Source of the DNA: Phoronis australis
Taxonomy: Eukaryota > Animalia > Phoronida
NCBI GenBank assembly: GCA_002633005.1
Contig: NMRA01000311.1
Location: 73,839-137,838 of the forward strand
DNA length: 64,000 nt
Reading direction: 5' to 3'
The notes beneath the pieces were generated by a model that made no database searches, was not told where the DNA came from, and saw only the letters and a list, made by a program, of their open reading frames with translations. Of the stretch, positions 13,301 to 25,300 are shown in pieces. A program made the translations under genes and the position numbers. Positions within the stretch are counted from its first letter, which is position 1, and each line of letters begins with the position of its first letter.

Positions 13301-16300
13301 TTCACTGAGTATGTACCAACGGTCAACGGGAAACTGGCATCCATGACACTCAAAAGCTGAATGGTTGGTAGGTCTCCCTGCTTGTGGTAAGATAACCGGA
13401 ATTACAATTTTTACTGAAATGTTGCCAGGTCAAGAACGGTCTGGCCGTCAACATCCTTGCCTTCATCCCAACAGTATTCATCGGACTCTTTGGCGGCATT
13501 CTGGGTTCCTTATTCACGTTTGTCAACCTCAAGATAGCAAGATCACGCAAGCGCCTATTGTCCAATGTAAAACAGCCTTGGAAGCAGAAAGTCATCCGCG
13601 TAGTTGAGCCAGTCATCATTATTGTAAGCGGGCATTCTTGTGTTAATATACACGGATTTCTTTCCTTGAGGATGTACTGGTTATCCTGAATTATTCATAT
13701 TTGTGTTGAGGAAACCCAAACTCTCAGTAAATCTCCAAAACGCTGTTAAGAATTGTTTTACAATGTTTCACTCGTTAGGACTTTTTTATCAAAAATATCA
13801 AAAAACATAGTTTAGAAAACTGACCGCATTTTAAGTTTTACCCTTTGATGTTTAGTATATCAGTAATTTGGTAATTTAATGCAACCGTCTTGCTGTGAAT
13901 GTAATCTGAAGCATAAATTTATTTTTTTGCTTTCAGACAAGAAATGATCTCTTGGCCTAATCAACGGCTGACTGGTATAAAGTTCTAGCAAAATGAAATT
14001 CTAAAATGCCTTTTTTTTCCTAAAGTATATATTTTTACTGACTGAGCTTAATTGAGTAGTCGTTTGTACTAGACAATATATATGGCTCATTTCACAGGCT
14101 TGCTTATAAAGTTGTTCATAAACTTTAACACTCCTAATGTATCTCTTAGGTATGTTTTGTCACCATCTCCGTCTTTCTACCGCTGGCATTTGGTTGTACA
14201 AGAGTGGCGTGCACTCATCCATCTGAGAAAAATTCTAGGTGAGCTCTATTTAGTTGTTCAGCTATTGCCATGTTGTTACTCTTTTAGACCTAATTGTGAA
14301 ATGCAATTAGACCTTGTGTCAAGATAATGAGGTCTGAATTTACGATTCTCCAATCAAGTTATTTTTCATAAACGTCATTGCTGAAATTGTCGTTTCCAAT
14401 TTTTAATTGCTGCCATCCTTGCTATAATTTATCAAGATTTGACAGTGTTTTGTGACATCTATGGTGTACAAACCATGCCAACCATGAATTCTTATTGTTC
14501 ATTTTTGTTGTAAAATTTTACAAAATGTAATAATAATTATTAACATTTTACTTGACCGTCTTCCATGTTGAGGAGCTACCCTGCTTGTTCTGTGCAGTGT
14601 AGATTTCATGAAAAATCTTACACAGTCACGCCAATTTCAAATCGAAGTTTGAAACAAAATACTGTTTTTGTTGTTCTCTAATGGTTCTTCTCACCTTTAG
14701 TTTTCTTTTGATTTTTTTCGTGACAAAAAGATTTTCTCCTTCAACTTGTGTTTTATAAAATGGGATTCTGGTTGAAAAGCGAAATCGTATCATTGAGTTG
14801 ATCCAGCTTATTTTTGAGTTACTCCACTAGTCTGTCACTTGGTTCTTCACGAGTCACTGCACACAAGAGGGATTGCTTGGACTTTGCCATTAATGTTACA
14901 GTCTGTGGCCAACTTAGCTCTCATCACCTGAGAAGCATAAGTAATAAGAGCTTCTGACCTTGGCAGTTGGAAGATGCTTGCTACTGTAAGCTGATTTGTT
15001 GTACACTTTCAGCTTGTGCCTGAATACTGGATTTCAAGGCAATTTTAAACCATTCCTTGCCGAGAGAGACGTTGAAAACTACACCTGCCCTCAGTGGGTG
15101 ACTGTTACCATGGGCAACACCACATGGAGTAATGGCAGTTTCAATCAAGGTTTGTTGAATAAGGGAAGATGAATTATAAAAATATATATTATATTTATGT
15201 GCCGTTATTATTATAAATTAACACCTCTTTTAGTCAAAATTTCATTTTAAAAAAGGCATATTCAAACAATTTTAATGACACCTTTTTAATAAATGAAAAC
15301 TTCACCAGTTACCTCAAAAATGCTTTTAGGAATTTTAGATTAGTCTTTTAGTTTGGTTTCTATGACATTAGTCATCTTGCAAAATGTAAGGTATTTTTGT
15401 AAAAACATAGCAGTCGTATTCGTCTTTATTACATTAAGCAAAACCCAGGCCTTTGTACCAAAAATTTACAGTGTTTTTGAGACTGATGAATAAATATTAA
15501 GTTTGGGGAGTTCCAGCAAAATCCACTGAGCTGTTTTCGAGAACTCGTGTTCTAAGTTCAAATTAAGTCAATTTGCTACTTTTACTAGTTCATAAAGTTT
15601 GTTCGTTGATAAATGAATTAGAATAAGGTTTGAGATAACCTTAAGTCATGTTTTTTTGATTTTATGAGAAATACCCAATTCCTGACATTGGCTTCCATTC
15701 ACTCGGTGGAGATGTCGGGAAGTAAACTCGAACTGCCTCGAAGGACATTGTTTGCTTAATATTAAGGGATCACCCTTGCACTTGCAATAAACCAAATGAA
15801 TAAAATCTCATATAGCTTATTGCATATACTAATCCAGATTTTGTTCTCCTGATGGAGTCTCTGAATGCTGGAAAGGCATGCTGTGCCTGTAAATTTCGTA
15901 ATTTCACAGTTGCTAAAACCTTCTGAAACTGCGGGTCTGTGTGAGTTAAAAGTTATTCTAACCTAGAGGGTAATCTTATTTTGTGGAGGGGATTTTTTGG
16001 CCCAATGAGGGTAATTTTGCATGATTTTATAACGTTTTTCAAGACATTGAGGGATCTGGCTGATTGTTATATTCTACAACCCGTCTTCACTGTTGTAGTG
16101 GCCACCTTGCTGTTTGTCAACGGTGAACATGCCATTCATCACCTGTTCTCACGTGGAACTCATCTCCAGTTTGACTATGCTCCACTCTTGGTGGTGCTGG
16201 TCATCTATTTCTTCTTTGCATGCTGGTCAGCTGGAACATCCATCTCAAGTGGACTCGTAGTTCCCATGTTGTGAGTAATAGTTTTAAATTTTCTTAATAT

Positions 16301-19300
16301 CAGGAGACGCTGTTGTAATGTCAGGATAGTGTGTGTAGAAAGTTGGGTTGTATTAAACCAAGCTTCTAAAAGAAACCTTGGGTTGGATTAACTTGAAAGT
16401 ATGGAAGCCCGCACTTCTGTGACTGATGTTAAAGGTGTTTAAAAATGAGAGTTGTGCTCAGTTGCTCTTCCATAAATGTATAGTGAAGCCTGCTTAATGT
16501 CATACCTTGAGTTTTGACGCAAGTTATGAGAGTAAGCAGGATTTTCCATGACCTGGCTTACCGGCAATTGTAGCAACTTGCATAAGCTGACCATGCTAAT
16601 TGAATGAAAACTCTTAGGGAAAGATAGCCATACAGTCAGGAAACAAATGATTTTTACACCCGCCACTGAAGTCTGACCAAGCAATTGTAAATTGAAGTCT
16701 GGTGAATTAGGTTATTTTTAGATAGAAATGTGAAGGTATGTATTAGTGGATGAGAATCAATTGATGGTGATCTTGTGGTGATGTCCAGGAATATGACAAT
16801 AAATAGTGACATTATATGGATTGTTTTACATGGGTTTACTGGGAAATGATTCGTTTTTTGTCATTTATGACAAAAATCAGGATATCTGATTATTGGTATG
16901 ACATTGAGTGGCAGATTTCTTCATGATCTTGCACAATTTTATTAATAGTTATTTCATAAAATGAACAATTTTCACATTGCATTTGCATTTGCATTCTGTA
17001 ATTCTGCCTAGATATATTGGTGGTTGCTATGGTCGGGTCGTAGGTCGCGCCATGGTAGACATGTTTGGCGTTCACATGGCTGGCAGTGGTGATAATTACT
17101 GGGCGTGGATGGACCCGGGTGCGTTCGCATTGATAGGTGCTGCCTCCTTCTTTGGTGGGGTATCGCGCCTCACTATGTCACTCACAGTTATCATGGTAAG
17201 GCTATGTCATATTAATAATTGTACAATTAACACTTACCTTACCTTAAAATCCAGCCGCTCTCTGCTAGTTTGGTAATTGGCCCAATTATATTACACACAC
17301 AGCAGAATTGATTGACAAACAAGAATAATATGTCAACTTGTCCAAAAATTTTAGATTGTAAAAGTCACATTTTTGTGCACTTTTCAATTTCAAAACCTAA
17401 GGAACTACTTAATATTTTTATGCTATTTGAAAACTTAAAAAAGGCTATTGTCGCCCTCCATTGTGTTTATGATAGATATGATTATCTAGAGAACAATAGC
17501 ATCAGCAAATTAACTTTTTTAGTCTTTTTGTAATATTTAAAATGTACCAAAGCCAAAACTACTCTCCACAGTTGCTGGCTGTAACTCTGTGCAAAAGCCA
17601 GAGAAAAACCATTTGGGTGTAATAACAACTGTCAATGTTGAGACACTAGTGCCAGCTATTACCTTTCCACTTCATTAGCTCAGATCTACATCAATACAAA
17701 GGGTGTGCTGCATAAGGCATCATAAAAGTCCTCTGGGGCTGTGGGAATCTGAGCAGTGACCAGTGTAAGGAAGAAATTCTCCACATGTGGTTCTGTGATG
17801 GAAGGCGGGCTTATTGCTGGTTCAGAAGCACTGTTTTTGTTTTTGTTTCTCAATTTTCTAGATGGAGATAACTAATGATATTCAGTTCTTACTTCCTATC
17901 ATGGTGGCGGTGATGGTGTCCAAGTGGATTGGTGACTTTGTCACCCACCCTCTCTATCACGCCCTCCTTGAACTGAAGTGTATTCCTCACCTGTCAGCAG
18001 AGCCTGTTGTCGTACACGAAGGTCATAAAACGTAAGTTGACGTTATTGTAGCCCTTCTGCTGTTACTCTCCTTGCTATAGTCGACAATGTGTATCCCTCG
18101 CTTGTCCGTGCAGAACCCCTTGTCTTGCGCAAAAGTCATAAAAAATAAGCTGATCTAATATACACGTACTCGTCATGAATAGCTTGTAAATTGATGAACA
18201 GTAGTTTCCTGGCATGGAAAACTCATGAATAATGAAAGTAGGGTAAAGTCACATACTTTTGAAAAAGTTCATAAAATAACTGAAAATTCAAATCATGTCT
18301 TGAGTTGATGAAATTTATAACAATTGGCCAAAATCATCTTCAAAAAATTAGTAATGTTTATTTGTGTGGGAAAGATAATGAAAAGTGACACGTTTATCCT
18401 AGAAAACTCGTGGAAGTATACCGTATCAAGTCAAGTTTTTGCCTTCCATTCTGTTTCCAATGTTAGCCAAGAGCTCTTAGACTTTTTCAGACACATGTCT
18501 AGGGTAGTTGATGTAGTCTACCTAGAGCACTCGTCTCACACGCACACCTACTATATAAATTGTTCTGTTTAAGCCACAAGATGGTGGACAAATAAAATTT
18601 TAGTTCATGAATTTTTGTATTAAAATAACTTTTTAGAAGATTTTAATCTCGTGTTAGTATTGTTTGTTTAGCATAACTGTCACCTAACAACTCTTGGTAA
18701 TTTTATAGCAGTGTAGAAACCCTATGAAATATAGGCCATATAAAACAAATCTTGTTCTCATCTGTTTTTTGTTGCTCAATTACTCAATAAATAAAATCTA
18801 CACAAGACGAGCAAAAATGATGCCCGGATTTGTTTTTTTACTCATTGCTTGGTAAATTATTGGTTTGCAAACGTTGGTTACCCTTGGTTACGTGATCTTG
18901 TGTAGCTTTTCATACAAAAAAATCACAAGACCTTGACTGAAATTAACACGGGCAGACATTTTTATTAGTCGGAGACCTCAAAATGAGGTCAGAAGCAACT
19001 TTGTTTTTTTTGGCCTTAGCAATTATTTTTGTACCAAACAGAAGTATGCTAATTGTAGAGTCAATCTTGAGCTGTACTCGGCCAAGCACATCATGTCCTC
19101 GCCAGCGGTGTGTGTTCATCATATGGAACCTGTCCAGAGATTGGCTCATCTCCTGCTGGACACTCCCCACGGAGGATTTCCCCTGTTTGAGAAAACAAGA
19201 GAGGGTGATGAGGTGTTTGGGGGGTTCATTACCAGGTAAGTTTTGGCAAAGTGTACTTCTATGGAATCATGTTGCCAGCATTTGATATGTGCTGAAGATT

Positions 19301-22300
19301 TTTGTTTTATTTTTGTTGATATTTTGCATGGATTCTTTGATGGAGCATTTTATGCCGTCCTTGAACATGCTATGAACATTCCCACTAAATAAGATTGGTT
19401 CTAACCCCAGTGGTTAAGGCAAACGGTGGGGTATGGAAAATTGAACTAGACTGTATTTATCCACCTTGGCTGAGTCGCGCTCGGCTCACGATCAAAGGGA
19501 TGCCGCCAAGCTGCTCTAGTCATCGAGTCACGAGCGAGGATAATTGGCTTCGCTCATGCGGATATGATCAGCTGATTACAATCTAGCTAGCAGACTGTAC
19601 TTTTTATGGAGAGAGTTTTACGTAGTTTTTACTGTAATATGTGAAAAGAGGAGCGAAAACAAATATGAGTACAACTTTGAATTTTTCAAATCGGCCCAGG
19701 ATAAGAGATTTTGCAACACAGCAACACTCACGATTACTTTCATTCGGCGCGCACTAATACAAAAATATAGGACCCAAGTTATTTAGATTTTGGAACACAT
19801 GCATTGCAATATTCAAAATACGTTTATTATGAATCTTACAAGCTGTAAAACGACGTTGTTAATTTCATTGTGTTCATTCATTGTCATCCGTCAAATCGGC
19901 AATTTCCGAGATGTGATCTGCGGCGTGCGCGTATGTGTACAAAACACGTGATTGTTATGTTCCTGAAGTACGAAAATTAAGAAGGCTTTAACATGCCGTT
20001 ATTATTGACAGGGACACGATAAAACGAATTTGGATTTTGACTATAGTCTTGATACAGCGATCTGACTGACCACTGCGTCAGTGTCTCCGTTAGACCCAGA
20101 AATTTCACACAGCCCGGGTAGTTCATTTCGTCCCCAACATGTAGATCGAGCCTTGGACTATTAATACTCCACGGCAGAGCTAACGACAGTCGGCCTGTGC
20201 ACACAAAATCTGTGAGTTAACCAGCACTCACCTTGCACGTTACAGCCGTTTAAGTGAAAAACAATCTAGTAAACGCCATTTTCTTGCATAATCCTCCGCC
20301 TTTTGTAACAAAAAAGTCTATCGTCGATGACCCGCACACGCACGCTCACTCACTCTCATACACAGACGACCTTCAAAACAAACGTCACGTGACAACAACA
20401 TGTGTGTTCATCCAGAGATTTTTCTCTTGTTGTGGAGTACGATGTAGCGCACATTTGGACTTAATCGCAATTAATCTGGACTCCACATGAACTTTAAAAA
20501 TTGTAAAACATCAGGAAGATTTCAGGTAATTTGTTGAGTCGAAACTATATTTTTATTCAAGAGTACAAGTTTTCCTATTGACGATGGCGATTCAGCGGCG
20601 ACGCATCAGTCGGCAAGTTTTCGCCCTGTGATGAGCACAATTTTTTGAAAAATTATCGTAATTTAACAACGGAAGTTCATAGCAATGCACCACAATTTTG
20701 TAGAAAGACTGTCATAGGCTAAAAATTCGTCACAAAGCGTAAATTTTATGAATCCTAGCTTCCGATTTTACCCGTTTGGGAAACCGGCTTTCAACTGCCG
20801 TAGGCTACAATAAGAATCCCCTCCCCGTGAAATGATTTTTTCTAAGCGTTTATTAGAGCCAATACAGTATACAGCTTTCCACCAAGGCTAGGTGATACTA
20901 CGACATTATTCTTTGTTGCATTAGTAACTGGTCTTGGCTAATATTATCATTTTATGGCCTGGTCATCCATTCAGCCAAAAGTAGTTCCAGAGGTGGCTTA
21001 TCAGCCAATTATTCACGCATGCTGACTCACAATAGAAGCCTGATAAGAGTGAAGGTGGATAAATGCGGTGTTCCTACAGTTTCTTGTTTTAGTGGATGTG
21101 TTCACGACATGAATTATGTTTAGGTATTGGTAAAAGTTTCACAATCTTATGAATTTCTTATCATAAACTTATCATTTATTGCACGAAGGGCAATGTGACA
21201 TAGAGAAAGTGCTTTCGTTGGCTTAAGGTTATGTAAGATCCTAAAAAATTGTCCAAATTTGGCAAATTTTTGGAATGTCATACCTCAAAAATGGCTGATT
21301 GGGTTTCTTAAGAAAGTTTCAGATATTATGCACTTTGTATTGTTCTCCAAAACTTTGTTAAGACTTTTATGATTTCCATGGAAAAACTGATAAAAGGAAA
21401 ACAAAAAGATAATTTAGAGAACTGTAGCAGCGTTTTTGAGAATTAATCTTGAACATTTGTGTCTGATAAAATTTTATCATGTTATAGAAGTGATTGTTTT
21501 GCCATCAATAAACATTTTTTGCTAAATTTTACTAAAAAAACGTCATCACATGACACGATTAATGGGGTCCGTCATTGATAAAATGTGAAAATTTTAATTC
21601 TTCGGGCTTTTTACTTTCAGAAAATAATTACATACTTTTACTGAATTAAAATCTATAATTTCTTGGTATTTGTCTAAGTACGCATACTTGGCAGTAGCGT
21701 CATGCATAATCTTAAGGATTTTCTGAAATGTTGCCGTGAACCGTATCGTCTTATAGAATTTTAATACGGATTCATAGATTTTAACTCGTGTTTCCATGGT
21801 TTCTATTGAAGAAACATCAAAGTTGTTATAATTAGTGAGGGAGAATATTTCCCTTGCAACTAGAAAATGAATCAGTGCCGGTATGTTTTAAGGTGATAAA
21901 GTTTGTGTTATCACAACTTTCTCTCATTTGCTGTACTTGTTTAATAGCTGAGCTGTGAACAAGTAACCGACCATCAGTTGCTATTGGCAGCTTAACCATG
22001 CAACTGAAAAACTTGTAGCATTTATGCTCTCAACATGCTTGACCATTTGTTCAATAATTGTCCTACCTTCAATGATTGTGTTACACTGTTTGGATAAATG
22101 AAATTACGAAACTTTTTAAATTGACTGATTTTGATTTTGAATTCTTCATCATATGCTGATGGTGTTTGGTTTTTAAATCGCATGCTAAATCTTTCATTAG
22201 TAACCAGTCTCAGACGTTTTACTGTGTTTAAGTCACTTAGAAGTGACTTTCATATCACTTAGAAGTGACTTTCAAGTCACTTAGAAGTGACTTATAGATT

Positions 22301-25300
22301 ATAAGCTACATGTTGTGATAACGGACAATAGACTTGGTGGAACTCTCATCGTCTGGGATGGCCTCTGAATGAGAGACTTTTTGATTAGAATTTTGCTGAG
22401 CATACTTTTTGCAATTTGATTTCCATGTCACGTTGTTCTTTATATCTGATGCAATATATTGATGATTTGCTTGTTAATCCGCCCAGACTGGAGATCACGG
22501 TCCTGCTTATGAATGAGGACATGTTCACGTCGACTGACACGCCCCCTGTTGAGGAGCTGGAGGTGACCCATGTGGAATATCAGCAACTAACGCTAGACAA
22601 ACTGTCCAATCCTGAGCGGACGCAGACTGTACTGCTACACTACTGCAACGACCCTAAATACAGCAGGCTGTATGTTAATTTGGTGCGTATCTGTACATTA
22701 TTTTCCTTAATGGACAATTTATCCACACCTTCTGTCGAAACTAATTTTTGATTTGGGCCAATTACAGTTATGTTATAAAATCAGTCTCCTCATGTTCTAT
22801 CCTTAAATTAGAAATGGATTCTAAGGTTGACTGAGAAACACTCGTCTGACAGGTTGTCGCGGTAATGGTCTGATATAACGTGCCCGAATTCTGAGAACCA
22901 GTTTTCCCCACTAAATAATGGGCATCAAACTGGTTCTCAAAATGCGGGCACGTTATATTAGACTATTGCCGATTGTCACTGCTTCAGATGAAGGCGGCCA
23001 TTAAGTTGCTTATCATGATGGATTAGTTTCAGTAGCCAATGAAGTTTGAAGCCTTCTGTGGAATTACTAGCAATTTAGTGTAACCTATTTCAACTCAAAC
23101 AAAGAAGAAAGAGATTTTGTTGCTTTGGGAATGCTGAAACACACCTGTAAAGAAAGGGGGTGGTATATAGTTGTTTTAGTAATATACTGACTTTCACTGG
23201 CCTTGATGGTAAAGAATCCGGGTTTATTGTAGTTCCAGGTTAAGTCTTAACTTGTACCCCTGAAAACCAGAATGACTTATTTGAATTGTCAAAGAATGAA
23301 GCAAACTTTCGGTTGCCTTTATAACAAACTTCATCAGAGAAATAAAAATAGTCATTTGGCATATAACATCCTTGGAAAAATCATTCCGTAAAATCTCACC
23401 ATTTTGGACACAATATAGCAGACAAGTGGAACTATTTTTTAATCTTTTAATAAATGATGAATAGCACCAAACAACGCTTTATTATTTTTAAGTTCTGTGC
23501 CGTAGCTGCCCACAGACAATGTTATTGAAAAATTGTGGTTGTTCTGTCATGCTATGAACATTCCCACTAAATAAAATTGGTTCTAACCCCAGTGGTTAAG
23601 GTAAACGGCGGGGTATGGAAAATTGAACTAGACCATATTTATCCACCTTGGCTGAGTCGCGCTCGGCTCACGATCAAAGGGATGCCGCCAAGCTGCTCTA
23701 GTCATCGAGTCACGAGCGAGGATAATTGGCTTCGCTCATGGGGATATGATCAGCTGATTACAATCTAGCTAGCAGACTGTACTTTTTATGGAGAGAGTTT
23801 TACGTAGTTTTTACTGTAATATTTGAAAAGAGGAGCGAAAACAAATATGAGTACAGCTTTGAATTTTTCAAATCGGCCCAGGATAAGAGATTTTGCAACA
23901 CAGCAACACTCACGATTACTTTCATTCGGCGCGCACTAATACAAAAATATAGGACCCAAGTTATTTAGATTTTGGAACACATGCATTGCAATATTCAAAA
24001 TACGTTTATTATGAATCTTACAAGCTGTAAAACGACGTTGTTAATTTCATTGTGTTCATTCATTGTCATCCGTCAAATCGGCAATTTCCGAGATGTGATC
24101 TGCGGCGTGCGCGTATGTGTACAAAACACGTGATTGTTATGTTCCTGAAGTACGAAAATTAAGAAGGCTTTAACATGCCGTTATTATTGACAGGGACACG
24201 ATAAAACGAATTTGGATTTTGACTATAGTCTTGATACAGCGATCTGACTGACCACTGCGTCAGTGTCTCCGTTAGACCCAGAAATTTCACACAGCCCGGG
24301 TAGTTCATTTCGTCCCCAACATGTAGATCGAGCCTTGGACTATTAATACTCCACGGCAGAGCTAACGACAGTCGGCCTGTGCACACAAAATCTGTGAGTT
24401 AACCAGCACTCACCTTGCACGTTACAGCCGTTTAAGTGAAAAACAATCTAGTAAACGCCATTTTCTTGCATAATCCTCCGCCTTTTGTAACAAAAAAGTC
24501 TATCGTCGATGACCCGCACACGCACGCTCACTCACTCTCATACACAGACGACCTTCAAAACAAACGTCACGTGACAACAACATGTGTGTTCATCCAGAGA
24601 TTTTTCTCTTGTTGTGGAGTACGATGTAGCGCACATTTGGACTTAATCGCAATTAATCTGGACTCCACATGAACTTTAAAAATTGTAAAACATCAGGAAG
24701 ATTTCAGGTAATTTGTTGAGTCGAAACTATATTTTTATTCAAGAGTACAAGTTTTCCTATTGACGATGGCGATTCAGCGGCGACGCATCAGTCGGCAAGT
24801 TTTCGCCCTGTGATGAGCACAATTTTTTGAAAAATTATCGTAATTTAACAACGGAAGTTCATAGCAATGCACCACAATTTTGTAGAAAGACTGTCATAGG
24901 CTAAAAATTCGTCACAAAGCGTAAATTTTATGAATCCTAGCTTCCGATTTTACCCGTTTGGGAAACCGGCTTTCAACTGCCGTAGGCTACAATAAGAATC
25001 CCCTCCCCGTGAAATGATTTTTTCTAAGCGTTTATTAGAGCCAATACAGTATACAGCTTTCCACCAAGGCTAGGTGATACTACGACATTATTCTTTGTTG
25101 CATTAGTAACTGGTCTTGGCTAATATTATCATTTTATGGCCTGGTCATCCATTCAGCCAAAAGTAGTTCCAGAGGTGGCTTATCAGCCAATTATTCACGC
25201 ATGCTGACTCACAATAGAAGCCTGATAAGAGTGAAGGTGGATAAATGCGGTGTTCCTACAGTTTCTTGTTTTAGTGGATATGTTCACGACATGGTCCAAT

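Noticed and set aside
19395-20490. Short ORFs repeated in both twin elements
   Set aside because: No recognisable domain; they recur only because the DNA is duplicated.
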